Source of the DNA: Octopus sinensis
Taxonomy: Eukaryota
Length of the DNA stretch: 64,000 bases
Assembly (NCBI RefSeq): GCF_006345805.1
Contig: NC_043002.1
Span: forward strand, 55,676,001-55,740,000
Direction of reading: 5' to 3'
Below are positions 1 to 11,519 of this stretch, in pieces. The number at the start of each line of letters is the position of its first letter. Within the stretch, counting starts at the first letter, position 1. Made by a program: the position numbers and the translations under genes. The notes under the pieces are model-generated. The model was not told the origin of the DNA and did no database searches. It saw only the letters and a program-made list of their open reading frames with translations.

Positions 1-95
1 CTGAACTGCAGACGTTAAGGGAACGTAAAAAACCAACACCGGTTGTCAAACGATAGTGGAGAACAACACACACAGATACATACACACACACACAC

Positions 96-222
<127 letters not shown>

Positions 223-559
223 CATACATACTCAATATATGTCGAGTTTCTACAGTTGCCCTCTACCACAAGGCTATAGTAGAAGGCACTTAACCAAGTT
301 GCCATGCTGTGGAACTGAACCCGGAACCACTTGGTTCCAATGCAACCTTTTTAACTACGCAGACATGCCTGCGCCTATCATTAAATTAATTATATATTTT
401 AATGACGTAATGATGTTTTCGCAACATCATAATGATGTTTTATGCTATTGAAACAGCTGTTGAGCACAATTAAATTACAAACTATACGCTTTCAGTTTTT
501 TATTCTAAATATCATTAGAATTATGGAGAACATCGTTAAGGCTTCATTTGCATTCAGGG

Positions 560-960
560 TCTATATTTTACCTGAAGTGTTTCTTTTTTTTCTGTACTTC
601 AACAAAATCCAAGGCTGTGAAATATTTTAGAACATTTATAAATAGGTCTTACAGCTGTTTCCAGGGTATTTTATATATCCCTTCATTGGAGACGGTGTGA
701 GAAAATGGTTAAGCCATAGTTATTTTAGATAAGATATGAAATAGAGAGTGAAGTGGAGGAATTTATAAATGTTCTAAAATCTTTCACAGCCTTGGAATTT
801 TATCTCATTCTGCAAATTTTTATATATACACATGCTGATATATGACCTACGTTGGACTCCTCATTCGCATAATCACCGAACCTGGAGCTTAACTATAGTC
901 TGTCCATAGCACTGACTCAGCATTACCTGACACCTTTGGGTCTTATTGACACCATTACTC
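560..960. repeat. Dispersed ~400-bp repeat, copy 1 (copy 2 at ~37540-37920); has a ~33-bp internal inverted repeat enclosing a degenerate hammerhead-like motif
   Basis: Colinear similarity to 37540-37920. aaggctgtgaaatattttagaacatttataaat (611-643) is the near-perfect reverse complement of ~762-793. Confidence 0.75.
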
Positions 961-983
961 CTCATAATCTCTATGTATATATG

Positions 984-1025
<42 letters not shown>

Positions 1026-1055
1026 AGACAGAGAGAGAGAGACAGACAGACAGAC

Positions 1056-1088
<33 letters not shown>

Positions 1089-1691
1089 GAGAAAGATGTA
1101 TGTAAGTGTGTATTTGTGTGTCTGTGTTTGTCCCCACAATGTCGCTTGACGCCCAATGATGGCATTTTTACATCCCCGTGACCTAGCGGTTTGGCAAGAT
1201 AATGTACTAGGCTTACAAAGAATAAACCCTGAGGGTCAATTCTTTCGACTAAAGGCGGTGCCCCAGCATGGCTGCTGTCAAACGACTGAAACAAGTAAAA
1301 GAAATAAAAGAAAAATAAAAGAAATACTATGTTGAATGTTAGTCACAGGATCACATTTAAATATTACGAGCAAAACAAAAACATTGGTGAGAACTAACCG
1401 GTCACAGAAAGATAAGGATAAGGAATTTAAAAAAAAAGGAACTGGAAGATGTTTTCTTTTTGTTTGTTCTGTTTTTTATTGGCTAGATATCAGTTTCTGT
1501 ATCGGTAAAAGGATTTCATAGCTGTGTTCTTTGTAAACGATTTGTTGTTCTTGAAGCATACCAATTCCATCCGCTATTCAGCTATCCTTCTATTGTTTTA
1601 TCAGTATAAAAGTCTGTTGCCCACTAGATCATAGCAAGCCAGATTTTCGTGTCTAGGGGCTCAGGTATCAGATACCTCATTAACCAGTGAT

Positions 1692-1737
<46 letters not shown>

Positions 1738-1813
1738 TACACGTGATACACAGATGTTTTCAGTGGCTTATATTCCACGTCTTACTATATTATATATATA
1801 TATATATATATAT

Positions 1814-2545
1814 AGTCTTCCAGGCAATAACAGAGGAATTCAAGACAGGATGCCCCTAGGAGCTCCTCTATGCTGATGAACTTGCTTTAATTGCTTAGTC
1901 ACTATCAGAACTCGAGGAAAAGTTTCAGTTGTGGAAACAAGGATTAGAATCGAAAGGCCTTAGAGTCAACCTGGCTAAAACCAAAGCCCTAATAAGTAGG
2001 AAGGCAGACAAACCACAAATCCGTTCAGGTAGAGGCCCTGCTCGATCTGTAGAAAAGGTGTAAGTAGTAATTCCATAAGATGTACCCAGTGTAAGCTATG
2101 GACACATAAGATGTGCAGCAATATCGAAGGAAGACTAACTGGGAAGATATTTTTTGTATGTGGTAAATGCTCAGGAGCAATAAACACTGAAAACGTGAAG
2201 AGAACAGCTTCTGTCACATTCCAGGGAGAAAAACTATAAGTAATTGATAGCTTCTGTTACCTAGGGGACCAAATCAGTAGTGGTGGGTGGATGCTCTGAA
2301 AGCGTAGCTGCTAGAATAAAAATAGCCTGGGCAAATTTTCAGAGAGCTCTTACCTCTGCTGGTAACAAAGGGCCTCTTGCTCCCTATCAGTCGAGGGAAC
2401 TGTGGAAGAGGTAGACCCAGGAAGCCTGGGATGAGGTGATGAAGCACGACCTTCAAACATTGGGCCTTACCGAGGCAATGACAAGTGACCGAGACCTTTG
2501 GAAATATGCTATGCTTGAGAAAACCCGACAAGTCAAGTGAGACCA
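1814..2545 (+). mobile_element. RTE/RTE-X LINE, 5'-truncated and frameshifted RT C-terminus
   Basis: Translates to ELLYADELAL (YADD-like motif), then GLRVNLAKTK, a Cys-rich insert (CSICRKG..CTQCKLWTHK.C), SFCYLGDQIS and GRGRPRK.W...D...W. These are typical RTE-clade motifs. Confidence 0.85.
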
Positions 2546-3274
2546 TAACGAGGGAGGGGTGACGATGAAGGGAGAGGGTGAAATGGAGAAGGTGGGTAGG
2601 AGTGAAGAGAGGAAGTAGGTGCCAAAGCAAGAAAGGAGAGGTAGGTGGGAGGAAGTAGGAATGAGAGGAAGAGAGGAGAGAGGAGGAGGGTTGGATGAAG
2701 AGGGGAGGAGAGTTGAGCTCATGTGGCACAAAGGAACGAAAAGAGAAGATTAATCCCTACTCACGACGAAGAGGGGTCGGACTGGAGTCGCCAGAAGGCT
2801 CGGTGAATGGTGCGTCGGAGAGGTAAGGTGGTGGGGTGGTAGGTGAAGAGAAACAGGTGATGGCGGGGCGGGTGCGGGGGCAGAGAGCAGATGCACGGTC
2901 CACGGAACGTGTACTGGCAAGGGTGGTGTGGATAGTGGTGAGGGGATATCCACGTAGGATGAAGTGGCGAGCCATGAGTTGAGACTGAGTCCCAAAGTCA
3001 TGGTTGTCGCGGCAAAGCCTGTGTAGACGGAGGAATTGGGAATAGGGGATGGAGAGCTTTGTGTGTTTAGGGTGGGAGGAGAAGAAGTTGAGGTATATCC
3101 ACTACTGGATATATGTATGTATATGTATATGATAGTTTGTGAGTATTAGTATGTGAACGTTAGCGTATATTTTAGTAAAGGTTTGATTCTAAGTCGTCGC
3201 ATCATGAATATGTACGAGTATATGTGTAGAGAGATATATATTCATATGTGTGTGAGTATATCTCAGAATAAGTA

Positions 3275-3665
3275 TGTATATGGCACTGGCAACGACCTCA
3301 CTCAAATGTTTTTTTCACGTGCCACAGGCACAAGGCCAGTACCACCGGCACAAGTGCCAGAAAGGCGACGCTGGTAACGATCACGCTCGAATGGTGCTTT
3401 TTACGTGCCACCGGCACGGAAGCCAGTTAGCCGCTCTGTCAACTATCACGCTCGGATGGTGCTCTTAGCGCTCCACTAGTACGGATGCTATTCATTGAAT
3501 TTGATTTCGATTTCACTTGCCTCAACAGGTCTTCGCAAGCAGAATTTAGTGTCCAATGAAGGAAAGTACACATAAGTGGGCTGGTTACACACCTGGTATA
3601 GGTCACGAGGTTATGGTCTCATTTGGCTTGCCGGGTCTTCTGAAGCACAGCATATTTCCAAAAGT
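3275..3665 (-). mobile_element. RTE LINE 3' end/3'UTR with internal acgtgccaccggcac repeats
   Basis: Same sequence recurs at ~13810-14140(-), 46885-47500(-), 53110-53610(+), 61300-61740(+) and 63830-64000(-). It joins the RTE ORF end (ctcaagcacagcatatttccaaag) and ends in a (GAT)n tail. Confidence 0.75.
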
Positions 3666-3675
3666 ACCATATATA

Positions 3676-3714
<39 letters not shown>

Positions 3715-3717
<3 letters not shown>

Positions 3718-4110
3718 GATAAATCTCAGAGCAAGTTATAAACAGTAGCGGTAACACATCGTGACGCATATTTGCCATTTGAATATGGCTAACCCCTAAG
3801 GGTGGATGCTACTGTAGTTTGTAGCCCCAAGAAGATATCTCCTCCAGCTGGCTATAGACACACTATCTGTGTCCTCTCAGTATTTGTGAAGGAGAGTCAT
3901 CCTCCCCGTCTTCAACTCATGATACACACGGACCCGAGTTTCAAGGTGTTTACCTTTCATCAGCGTGTGACAATCATGGTTGTCGACGAGAAGTCAGCTC
4001 CCTTCACAAATACATATACTTTTTCCAGTGTCGATTGACACTGATATTGAAAAAGTGAAATCAAACAATGATAAATCTCAGAGCGAGTTATAAACAGTAG
4101 CGGTAACACA
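3715..4110 (-). mobile_element. Hammerhead-bearing ~352-bp monomer plus partial tandem repeat (retrozyme/PLE pLTR-like family 1)
   Basis: aatgataaatctcagagc.agttataaacagtagcggtaacacatcgtga occurs at 3715 and again at 4067. Contains a canonical hammerhead and is homologous to 10636-10985. Confidence 0.75.
3925..3969 (-). ncRNA. Type I hammerhead ribozyme, canonical core
   Basis: Minus strand reads CACACG CUGAUGA AAGG UAAACA CCUU GAAA CUCGG GUC^CGUGUG: 6-bp stem I, full core, 4-bp stem II, short self-complementary stem III, GUC cleavage triplet. Confidence 0.9.
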
Positions 4111-4119
4111 TCGTGAAGG

Positions 4120-5390
4120 GTCAAACAAGGACAAATAAACGGATAAACGGATTACATCGACCCCAGTGCGTAATTGGTACTTAATTTATCGACCCCGAAA
4201 GGATGAAAGGCAAAGTCGACCTCGGCGGATTTTGAACTCGGAACATAACGGCAGACAAAATACCGCTGAGCATTTTCCCAGCATGCTAGCCATTCTACCA
4301 ACTCGCCACCTTCTAATCCTTTCTACTGGAAGCACAAAGCCTCAGATTTATGGGATGGGGACTAGTCGATTATACCGACCCCAGTGTTTAACTGGTACTT
4401 ATCGACCCCGAAAGGATGAAAGGCAACGTCGACCACGGCGGAATTTGAACTCAGAACGTAGCAACGATCGAAATGCTTCTAAGCATTTCGTCCAGCGCGC
4501 TAACGATTCTGCTAGCTCGCCGCCTTATAATGTAATGTAAAGTAATATAATATGATATCTTGTAGAATATGTATATGTTTAAGTGCACTTTTGTATATTT
4601 GTGTATGTATGTCATTATTCAGTTTTATTTCAAGATTATTTGCCAATAGAAAAAGAACAGGACTCTAACCTAGATCCAAGGCTCAGTCATTGGAACTTCA
4701 ACATCAACAACAGGGTATTTTTGTTTGTATGTCTGTTTGTCTATCTGTCTATCTGTCTGTCTGTTTGTATGTATGTATGATGTATGTATGTATGTATGTA
4801 TGTATGTATGTATGTATGTATGTATGTATGTATGTATGTATAGGCCAGCATGTGAACAGGAAAAAAATTAAAGAAATAAAATTTTTAATAGAAATTGCCG
4901 AACAAATACATAAAACAGAACGATTTCCATCTTATTCTCTTGATACCATCTCCGAAGGAATACCTTTATGTCTTACACGAGGCTAAACATAGAGGGGACA
5001 AACAAAGACAGACAAAGGGATTACATCGATCCAAGTGCGTAGCTGGTACTTATTTAGTCGACCCCGAAAGGATGAAAAACAAAGTCGATCTCGGCGGAAT
5101 TTGAGCTCAGAACGTAACAGCAGACATAATACGGCTAAGCATTTCGCCTGCCGTGCTAAAGATTCTGCTAGCTCGCCGCCCTTAAAATAGAAAATAGTTA
5201 TTTCTTTATTGCCCTCAAGGGGCTAAATATAGAGGGGACAAACAAGGACAGACAAAGGGATTAAGTGGATTACATCGACCTCAGTGCATAACTGATACTT
5301 ATCTAATCGACCCCCAAAAGGATAAAAGGCAAAGTCGATCTCGGCGAAATTTGAACTCAGAAACGCAATGTTTCTGCCAACTCGCCGACC
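4120..5390 (-). mobile_element. Cluster of at least 4 tRNA-derived SINE copies (family B, central gtcgactttgcctttcatcctttcggggtcgataa)
   Basis: Repeated ~190-bp units with box-B-like gagttcaaattcc on the minus strand. The same family occurs at ~17590, 20070, 20380, 32448, 46280, 57243 and 58390. The central region resembles what I recall of the MetaSINE domain (not verified). Confidence 0.8.
4612..4720 (-). mobile_element. 3'UTR fragment of an RLE-type non-LTR element embedded in (TATG)n
   Basis: Minus strand ends aataaaactgaataatga|catacatac. A near-identical copy is at 7206-7315, and the same 3'UTR follows the RLE-type ORF end at ~21490-21700. Confidence 0.6.
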
Positions 5391-5671
5391 TTCCTAATAT
5401 TATATTATGTTATAGTAGAGTGCTAGGTGTCATATGATAACTTTGGAAGTATGCTTTGACCACCATAGTCAGCAAATATGGTAGTCATGCAATCGCTCTC
5501 GGTTAATTTTTATCAAATTTCTTGGAGCTTAAATAATTTGAATATAAGTTTTCTGGTTGAAAAAATTTATTACAAAATCAAAAAGTAAAAAAATAATTGA
5601 AAATATAAAACTATGTCCGTGTGGATTTTATACTATAGAAGTTCACACACGCACACAGATACTGCCTCTCT

Positions 5672-5743
<72 letters not shown>

Positions 5744-5744
5744 C

Positions 5745-5775
<31 letters not shown>

Positions 5776-6048
5776 CTCTCCCTCTCTAAGTGCATATCTA
5801 TGTATATCTTTTACTGATTTCAGTCATTAGACTGTGGCATTGCTGGGATACCATCTTGAATTTAGTCGAACCGCTAAGTTATGGGGAAGTAAACACACCA
5901 ACAACGGTTATCAAGCAGTGATAGGAGAAAAACACAGAAACAAAGACACACACACATACACACACGTGTGTGTGAGTGTGTGTATGTGTGCGCACGCGTG
6001 CGCACGGTGGCTGCATGTGCGTATACTGCATATGTGTATATATACATA

Positions 6049-6100
<52 letters not shown>

Positions 6101-6146
6101 ATTACATTCTCCCCTCTTCCTCTGTCGACGATTCTTTCTCTCTCAC

Positions 6147-6187
<41 letters not shown>

Positions 6188-6479
6188 TCGGCCATTACCA
6201 CCACTACAATATGTGTACAGATAAATATGCCTTCCTCCTTATGTATGTTTTTAGAACAGGTTTGAACTATTTATAAGCACATCTAATAAAATATATATAT
6301 ATAATATTATGTAAGCAATTTTCATGCATGAAGAGGAGATCAATGATTGTCGTAATATTTTAATCTCATTAACAACGACTTGTGTGAGACATTTAGACGT
6401 TGAAAATAACAATGTTCAGTTGAGTGCATAACACATTAAATATATTTTAAAAAAAAGAAAGAAAACCCTGGCACACCGC

Positions 6480-6770
6480 CAGTTTCGACAATGAGGGTTC
6501 CATTTGACCCAATCAACCGAAATTAACGTGCAAGTGGCTGAGTGTTCCACAGGCAAGCAAACCCTTTATGTTGTTCTCAAAGAAATCCAGAGTGAAATAG
6601 AATGTGAAGGGAATGACCCTTTGAATTACAAGCACTATTCATTTTTGCCAGTGGAGTGAACCGGATCAACGTGAAATAAAGAGTCTTGCACAAGGACATA
6701 ATGCATCGCCAGGAATCGAACACACCTACGTACGATCATGAGCTGAGTACGCTAACCATTAATCCACACG
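6480..6770 (-). mobile_element. tRNA-derived SINE family C (head ggcttagtggttagg..., ttgtgtccttgagcaagacact core)
   Basis: Same family at ~8840(+), 10035(+), 18840(+), 24680(-), 27425(-), 49930(-) and 52650(+). Shows box A/B-like motifs. Confidence 0.7.
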
Positions 6771-6784
6771 TGGCGTATTGGGAA

Positions 6785-7190
6785 GGAGCTGGTTTCTTAC
6801 AAATTTACGAAGTTTCATTGTATGAATGTGGATAAGAAAGACTGGTTCATGCTTTGCACTTGAGAAAAGCCTTGCTTATATCCTACTTACAGATTGTATT
6901 TGTAATGTGCGAGTTGGTTGGTTGATGTTTTTCTCTGAAAACCCTGGCCTTTTCAAATTGTCCGTTAGACATTTACTCACAAAGCCAAGTTCACTGATTA
7001 TTATTTATATAATTGTGGATTTATTATCTAGGTACAGAAGCTGAATGTTTCGAAGCAGTTGTCCGTTGTTATCCTTTCTTTTTCTTATTTTCAAAGAGAT
7101 ATATGAATCAGCAGAGCGGCTGAGCTCTAATGTCGGGACATGCATCTTTTTATCTTTTCCAAACAACGACATCTGGCCTGTTGTGTGTGT
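6785..7190 (-). mobile_element. Decayed C-terminal restriction-like endonuclease (PD-D/ExK) region of an R4/NeSL-type non-LTR retrotransposon
   Basis: The frameshifted minus-strand translation approximates PDMSLFGKDKK..ELSRSADSYISLKI..K.DN.GQLLRNIQLLY..LGFVSKCLTDNL..GFSEK. Homologous to 21060-21480 and 23500-23790. Confidence 0.65.
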
Positions 7191-8244
7191 GAGTATGTAT
7201 GTATGTCATTATTCAGTTTATTTCAAGATTTCTTGCTAATAAAGAACCGGTTTCTAACCTAGATCCAAGGCTGCTTCACTGGAATTTCAACATCAACAAC
7301 AGGGCGTTTTTGTTTGTTTGAATGTATGTATGTATGTATGTATGTATGTATGTATGTATGTATGTATGTATGTATGTATGTATTATGTTTGTATGTCTGT
7401 ATGTATGTTTGTATGTATGTATGCACAAATTTGTATGTTTCATGTATGTATTCTCATGCCTATAGTTGATTATCTAGACAGGCTCATATATATTCTAAAT
7501 GGTAAACTTCTGGAAAATAAATGTATGTATGTATGTATGTATGTATGTATGTATGTATGTATGTATGTATGTATGTATATAGTTTGTTGATTAGAGACAG
7601 GTATTCTTTGTATAGAATACACATCGTAATGCTGAAGGGATTTGAACTTCAGCAGGTAAAGGAATAAATGTAAGGACAAGCAAGTTAGTCAGTCGATATA
7701 CATTAAATATTAAATATATTTAATACAAAAAATGTACATATGTATATATATAAAAAAAGTTTGACTGGGATCAGGATAGTTTTGTAGACATGCCCAAGGA
7801 TTGCTTATCCATGAGTGTTATCTATATGCAGCGCTCGGCTGAGCATAGTTTATAGATTAGAGAGAAGTATTCTCTGTATAGAATGCATTTCGTAATGCTC
7901 AAGAGATTTGAACTTAAGCAGGGAGAGAAAGAAATTACGCATGGATGAACCGTCAGCGACAATACTGACAACTCTACTAAGCCTGGTTGGTAAGGAGGGT
8001 GGTTTCCGTTAGACATTCTGCAGGACGAAAAACTAAACTTGTTAAAGGGCGGATGAACTCTGTAGAGTCAATGGCCATCCAACAGCTGGGAGTGAGAGAC
8101 CCCCTAGTCTTTGTTTAGATATCTCCCTAGGTAAAAGAAAACTCTGATGTAACACCTGCGACTTCGTTTGCATCCTATGACGTAGATTAGGTCTTCTTTG
8201 CGGACAAATGCAGACATCATTTAGATAGTGGGATTGGCCTGGCG

Positions 8245-8420
8245 CAAGGTCTTTTATCACCTTAAAAAGCTTCAGACACCGTCATATCGCTTGAATGTTA
8301 ACATCTCCCTTATCTCATGCATCCCATAGCTGGCGCTGCCGAAAAAAAGCAAGGCACTCAGCGAAAACTTCCATGATGGAATGAAGGTATATGTCAACGT
8401 AGGTGGTAAGCTCTATGAAC
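8245..8420 (+). mobile_element. RTE LINE RT fragment
   Basis: Decayed motifs: L.KAFDTV (ccttaaaaagcttcagacaccgtc) and FHDGMKVYVNVGGKL. Confidence 0.6.
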
Positions 8421-9922
8421 ACCTACTACAAGAAGCGCCCATCATTGCCACATCTTTAAATGTGTAAAAGAGTGTAAGGGCTGAAAAGGCACATCCGTGA
8501 TATTCGTATTCAAGAGAACAATCAAGCAATGACATTGATCGAAATCTAATAGCAGACATTATGTTTGTGTGTATTTCGATTTTTTTTTTGTCAGAAAGTA
8601 AGAAAATATGAGCTTGTGACACATAATTTTGTCAAAGGCATTTTGTATGTAAAAGATGTGAATGAACTTGGAATCGGGAATCGAAACTAATTCTTGGACT
8701 CTTAACCCTCACATTACTCACCATAACGAAAATCATTTGAAACAGACACAAGATATCTAAAAAGGAAAAGTTAGTGTTTGGATTAACTGTGCTGTAATTA
8801 GGGGTAGTAAGTTCTTGATAGTGATTGATCGTAGAGGCACACGGCTTAGTGGTTAAGACTTTCGACTCATGATCCTAAGATTGTGGTTTCCATTCCTGGA
8901 CAGAGTGATGCGTTGAGTTCTTAAGCAAAACATTTCATCTCACATTGCACCAGTCCACTTAGCTGGCAAAAATGAGGAATCCTGCAACAGACCGGCATCC
9001 AGGGGAGCAGGTGGGGCAGACATATGCCCCACGGAAACCAGGAAACCGGCCCTATGAGTCTATATGACTCGGAAAGGATCTATATCTGTCATCCCTCTAC
9101 ACTGATCCATCAATCATTCTCTGCCTTTGACCATATCAACCATTGACTTATTGATCGCTTCTGTAAAATAAGTAAACTTGTTGGAGATGGATATGATCAA
9201 TTTAATTGATCATGAATATATAACCAATATTTTCTTTTGTCAGCATCGAACTTCAAAGGATAGCAAAATCGATCTCAAACGGTTTGAACTCAGAACGAAA
9301 GTACAAAACTAAATATTGTAAGAAAGTACGAAACTACTGCTCCACCGCCTTTTAAAATCTTTGAATTACTTATATCTTACTGGATTACGAGATGAAACAT
9401 AAATGAAGAATCTAGTTTGATCTCAGACTATTAATGATAATTAATCTATTGACTCCAGAGGGTTTGAAATTAGAAACTAAAAAGATGAAATTAAACGCCG
9501 TAAAGCTGTAATTCTACCATTTTCCCTATTTTACTACTTTTACATCTGTAAAATAATGGTTTCTAACATTGGTACAAGTCCTTATTCAGGATTCGAAACC
9601 TAGATAATTATTTTATATATCCAAGAAGGATGAAACACAAAGTCTAGCATGACGATATTTCAACTTCGAATGTAAATACTGTAAGGTTAATTACCCTTAA
9701 CCTTTTTTTTTTAACTCTTCAATGAAAGTAAAGTTTTTGTTCTTAATGTCAGCAACGGCTTCAACCGTCAGACAAACGAGTAAGGTAACATTATCTATGT
9801 TAATCTTATAAGTAACATTATAATAAGAGCACATTGATTTCTTACACAAGGCAACACGATCGTGGAGGTGGTGACGGTAGATTTCATTGATTTCACGATT
9901 TTACTGGTATATACATTGTGTG

Positions 9923-9956
<34 letters not shown>

Positions 9957-10430
9957 TGTATGTATGAATGTATGTATGTATGTATGTATGTATGTATGTA
10001 TGTATCTATGTATGTATGTATGTATGTATGTATGTATGTGGCTTAGTGGTTATGGTATTCGGCTCATGATCGTAAGGTTGTAAGTTCGATTCCCGGCAGT
10101 GCATTGTGTCCTTGAATTGCTCCAGTCAAATCAGCTGGCAAACACAAGTTGTAGCTGTAATTCAAAAGGGTCGGCTTTGTCACATTCTGTGTCACGCTGA
10201 ATCTCCTTGATAATTATGTTGAGGGTACACATGTCTGTGGATCACTCAGCCACTTGCACGCTAATTTCACAGGCAAGCTGTTTGCTAAACGAATCAAGTG
10301 GAACACTCGTCGCCGTAGCCGACTGAGTACTAGTTATGTATGTATGGATACAAATACATAGACATATATATATATATAATTATATATACTACATACATAC
10401 ATACATTACATACATATATATATGTATGTA

Positions 10431-10466
<36 letters not shown>

Positions 10467-10473
10467 TGTATGT

Positions 10474-10524
<51 letters not shown>

Positions 10525-10533
10525 GTATGTATG

Positions 10534-10603
<70 letters not shown>

Positions 10604-10635
10604 ACTATATATATATATATATAAGAAATTATATA

Positions 10636-11255
10636 AATCTCTGAACGAGAATAAACAGTAACCGCTCGACAACATAAGGTGTACTAGCCATCTGAATGTG
10701 GCTAGCCACTGGGGGTGGGGTGTTACTGATGCTTTTAGCCCCAGGCGATCAACGTCACCAGATGGACTTTAGACACAATCTCAGTGCTCTTGTGTTATTT
10801 GCAAAGGGAGGTCATCATCCCTCGAAACCTAAGTGCTATATACGGACTATAGTTTCAAGGTTAATTGCCTCCTCGTCCACGCATGGTAAACACCGGTTTT
10901 CGATGAAGGAGCCCCCTGCAAATAATATTAACGTTTTCACAGCAACCACTGTCACTGATTAGAAAAACTGTCTGAAAGCAATAATAATCTCTGAACGAGA
11001 TATAAACAGTAACCGCTCGACAACGTAAGGTGTACTAGCCATCTGAATGTGGCTAGCCACTGGGGTGGGGTGTTACTGATGCTTTGCAAAATAACACAAG
11101 GGCACTGAGATTGTGTCTAAAGTCCATCTGGTGACGTTGATCGCCTGGGGCTAAAAGCACCAGTAACACCCCACCCCCAGTGGATAGCCACATTCAGAGG
11201 CTAGTACACCTTACGTTGTCGAGCGGTTACTGTTTATATCTCGTTCAGAGATTTA
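10636..11255. mobile_element. Family 1 retrozyme-like element: 350-bp monomer, then a partial repeat, then an inverted copy
   Basis: aatctctgaacgag at 10636 and 10986. 11085-11255 is the reverse complement of the unit start. A degenerate hammerhead lies at 10840-10884(-). Confidence 0.75.
10840..10884 (-). ncRNA. Degenerate type I hammerhead (family 1)
   Basis: Minus strand reads AUGCG UGGACGA G GAGG CAAUUAA CCUU GAAA CUAUA GUC^CGUAU. The core is mutated at positions 3-4; stem III ACUAUAGU is a perfect palindrome. Confidence 0.6.
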
Positions 11256-11468
11256 TATTGCTTATATATTATATTATATATATATATATACACATACATA
11301 CATACACACACACATACAATATTATATATATATATTATATATTTATATATAATATATTTATATATATTATATATATATGTGTGTTGGTGTAGGCCCGGGT
11401 TGAGTGGGGTTAACCCAAGTAAATAAGGTATCAATACATAGCAGAGTAAATTATTATTATATAGAAGG

Positions 11469-11519
11469 AGCTTCTACAGGACTAGAACTGTTTCATTCAA
11501 AAGAAATCATCAGGAAGCT
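11469..11519 (-). ncRNA. Type I hammerhead ribozyme (family 2)
   Basis: Minus strand reads AGCUUC CUGAUGA UUUC UUUU GAAU GAAA CAG UUCUAGUC CUG UA^GAAGCU: perfect 6-bp stem I, full core, 4-bp stem III, GUA triplet. The first pair of stem II is U.U (atypical). Confidence 0.75.

Noticed and set aside
8042-8240. Possible GIY-YIG (Penelope) endonuclease fragment, with related sequence at ~23150-23420
   Set aside because: Only LIYVIGC..CYI is suggestive; the frame is broken and the related copy does not keep the motif. Left as an unclassified retroelement 3' end.
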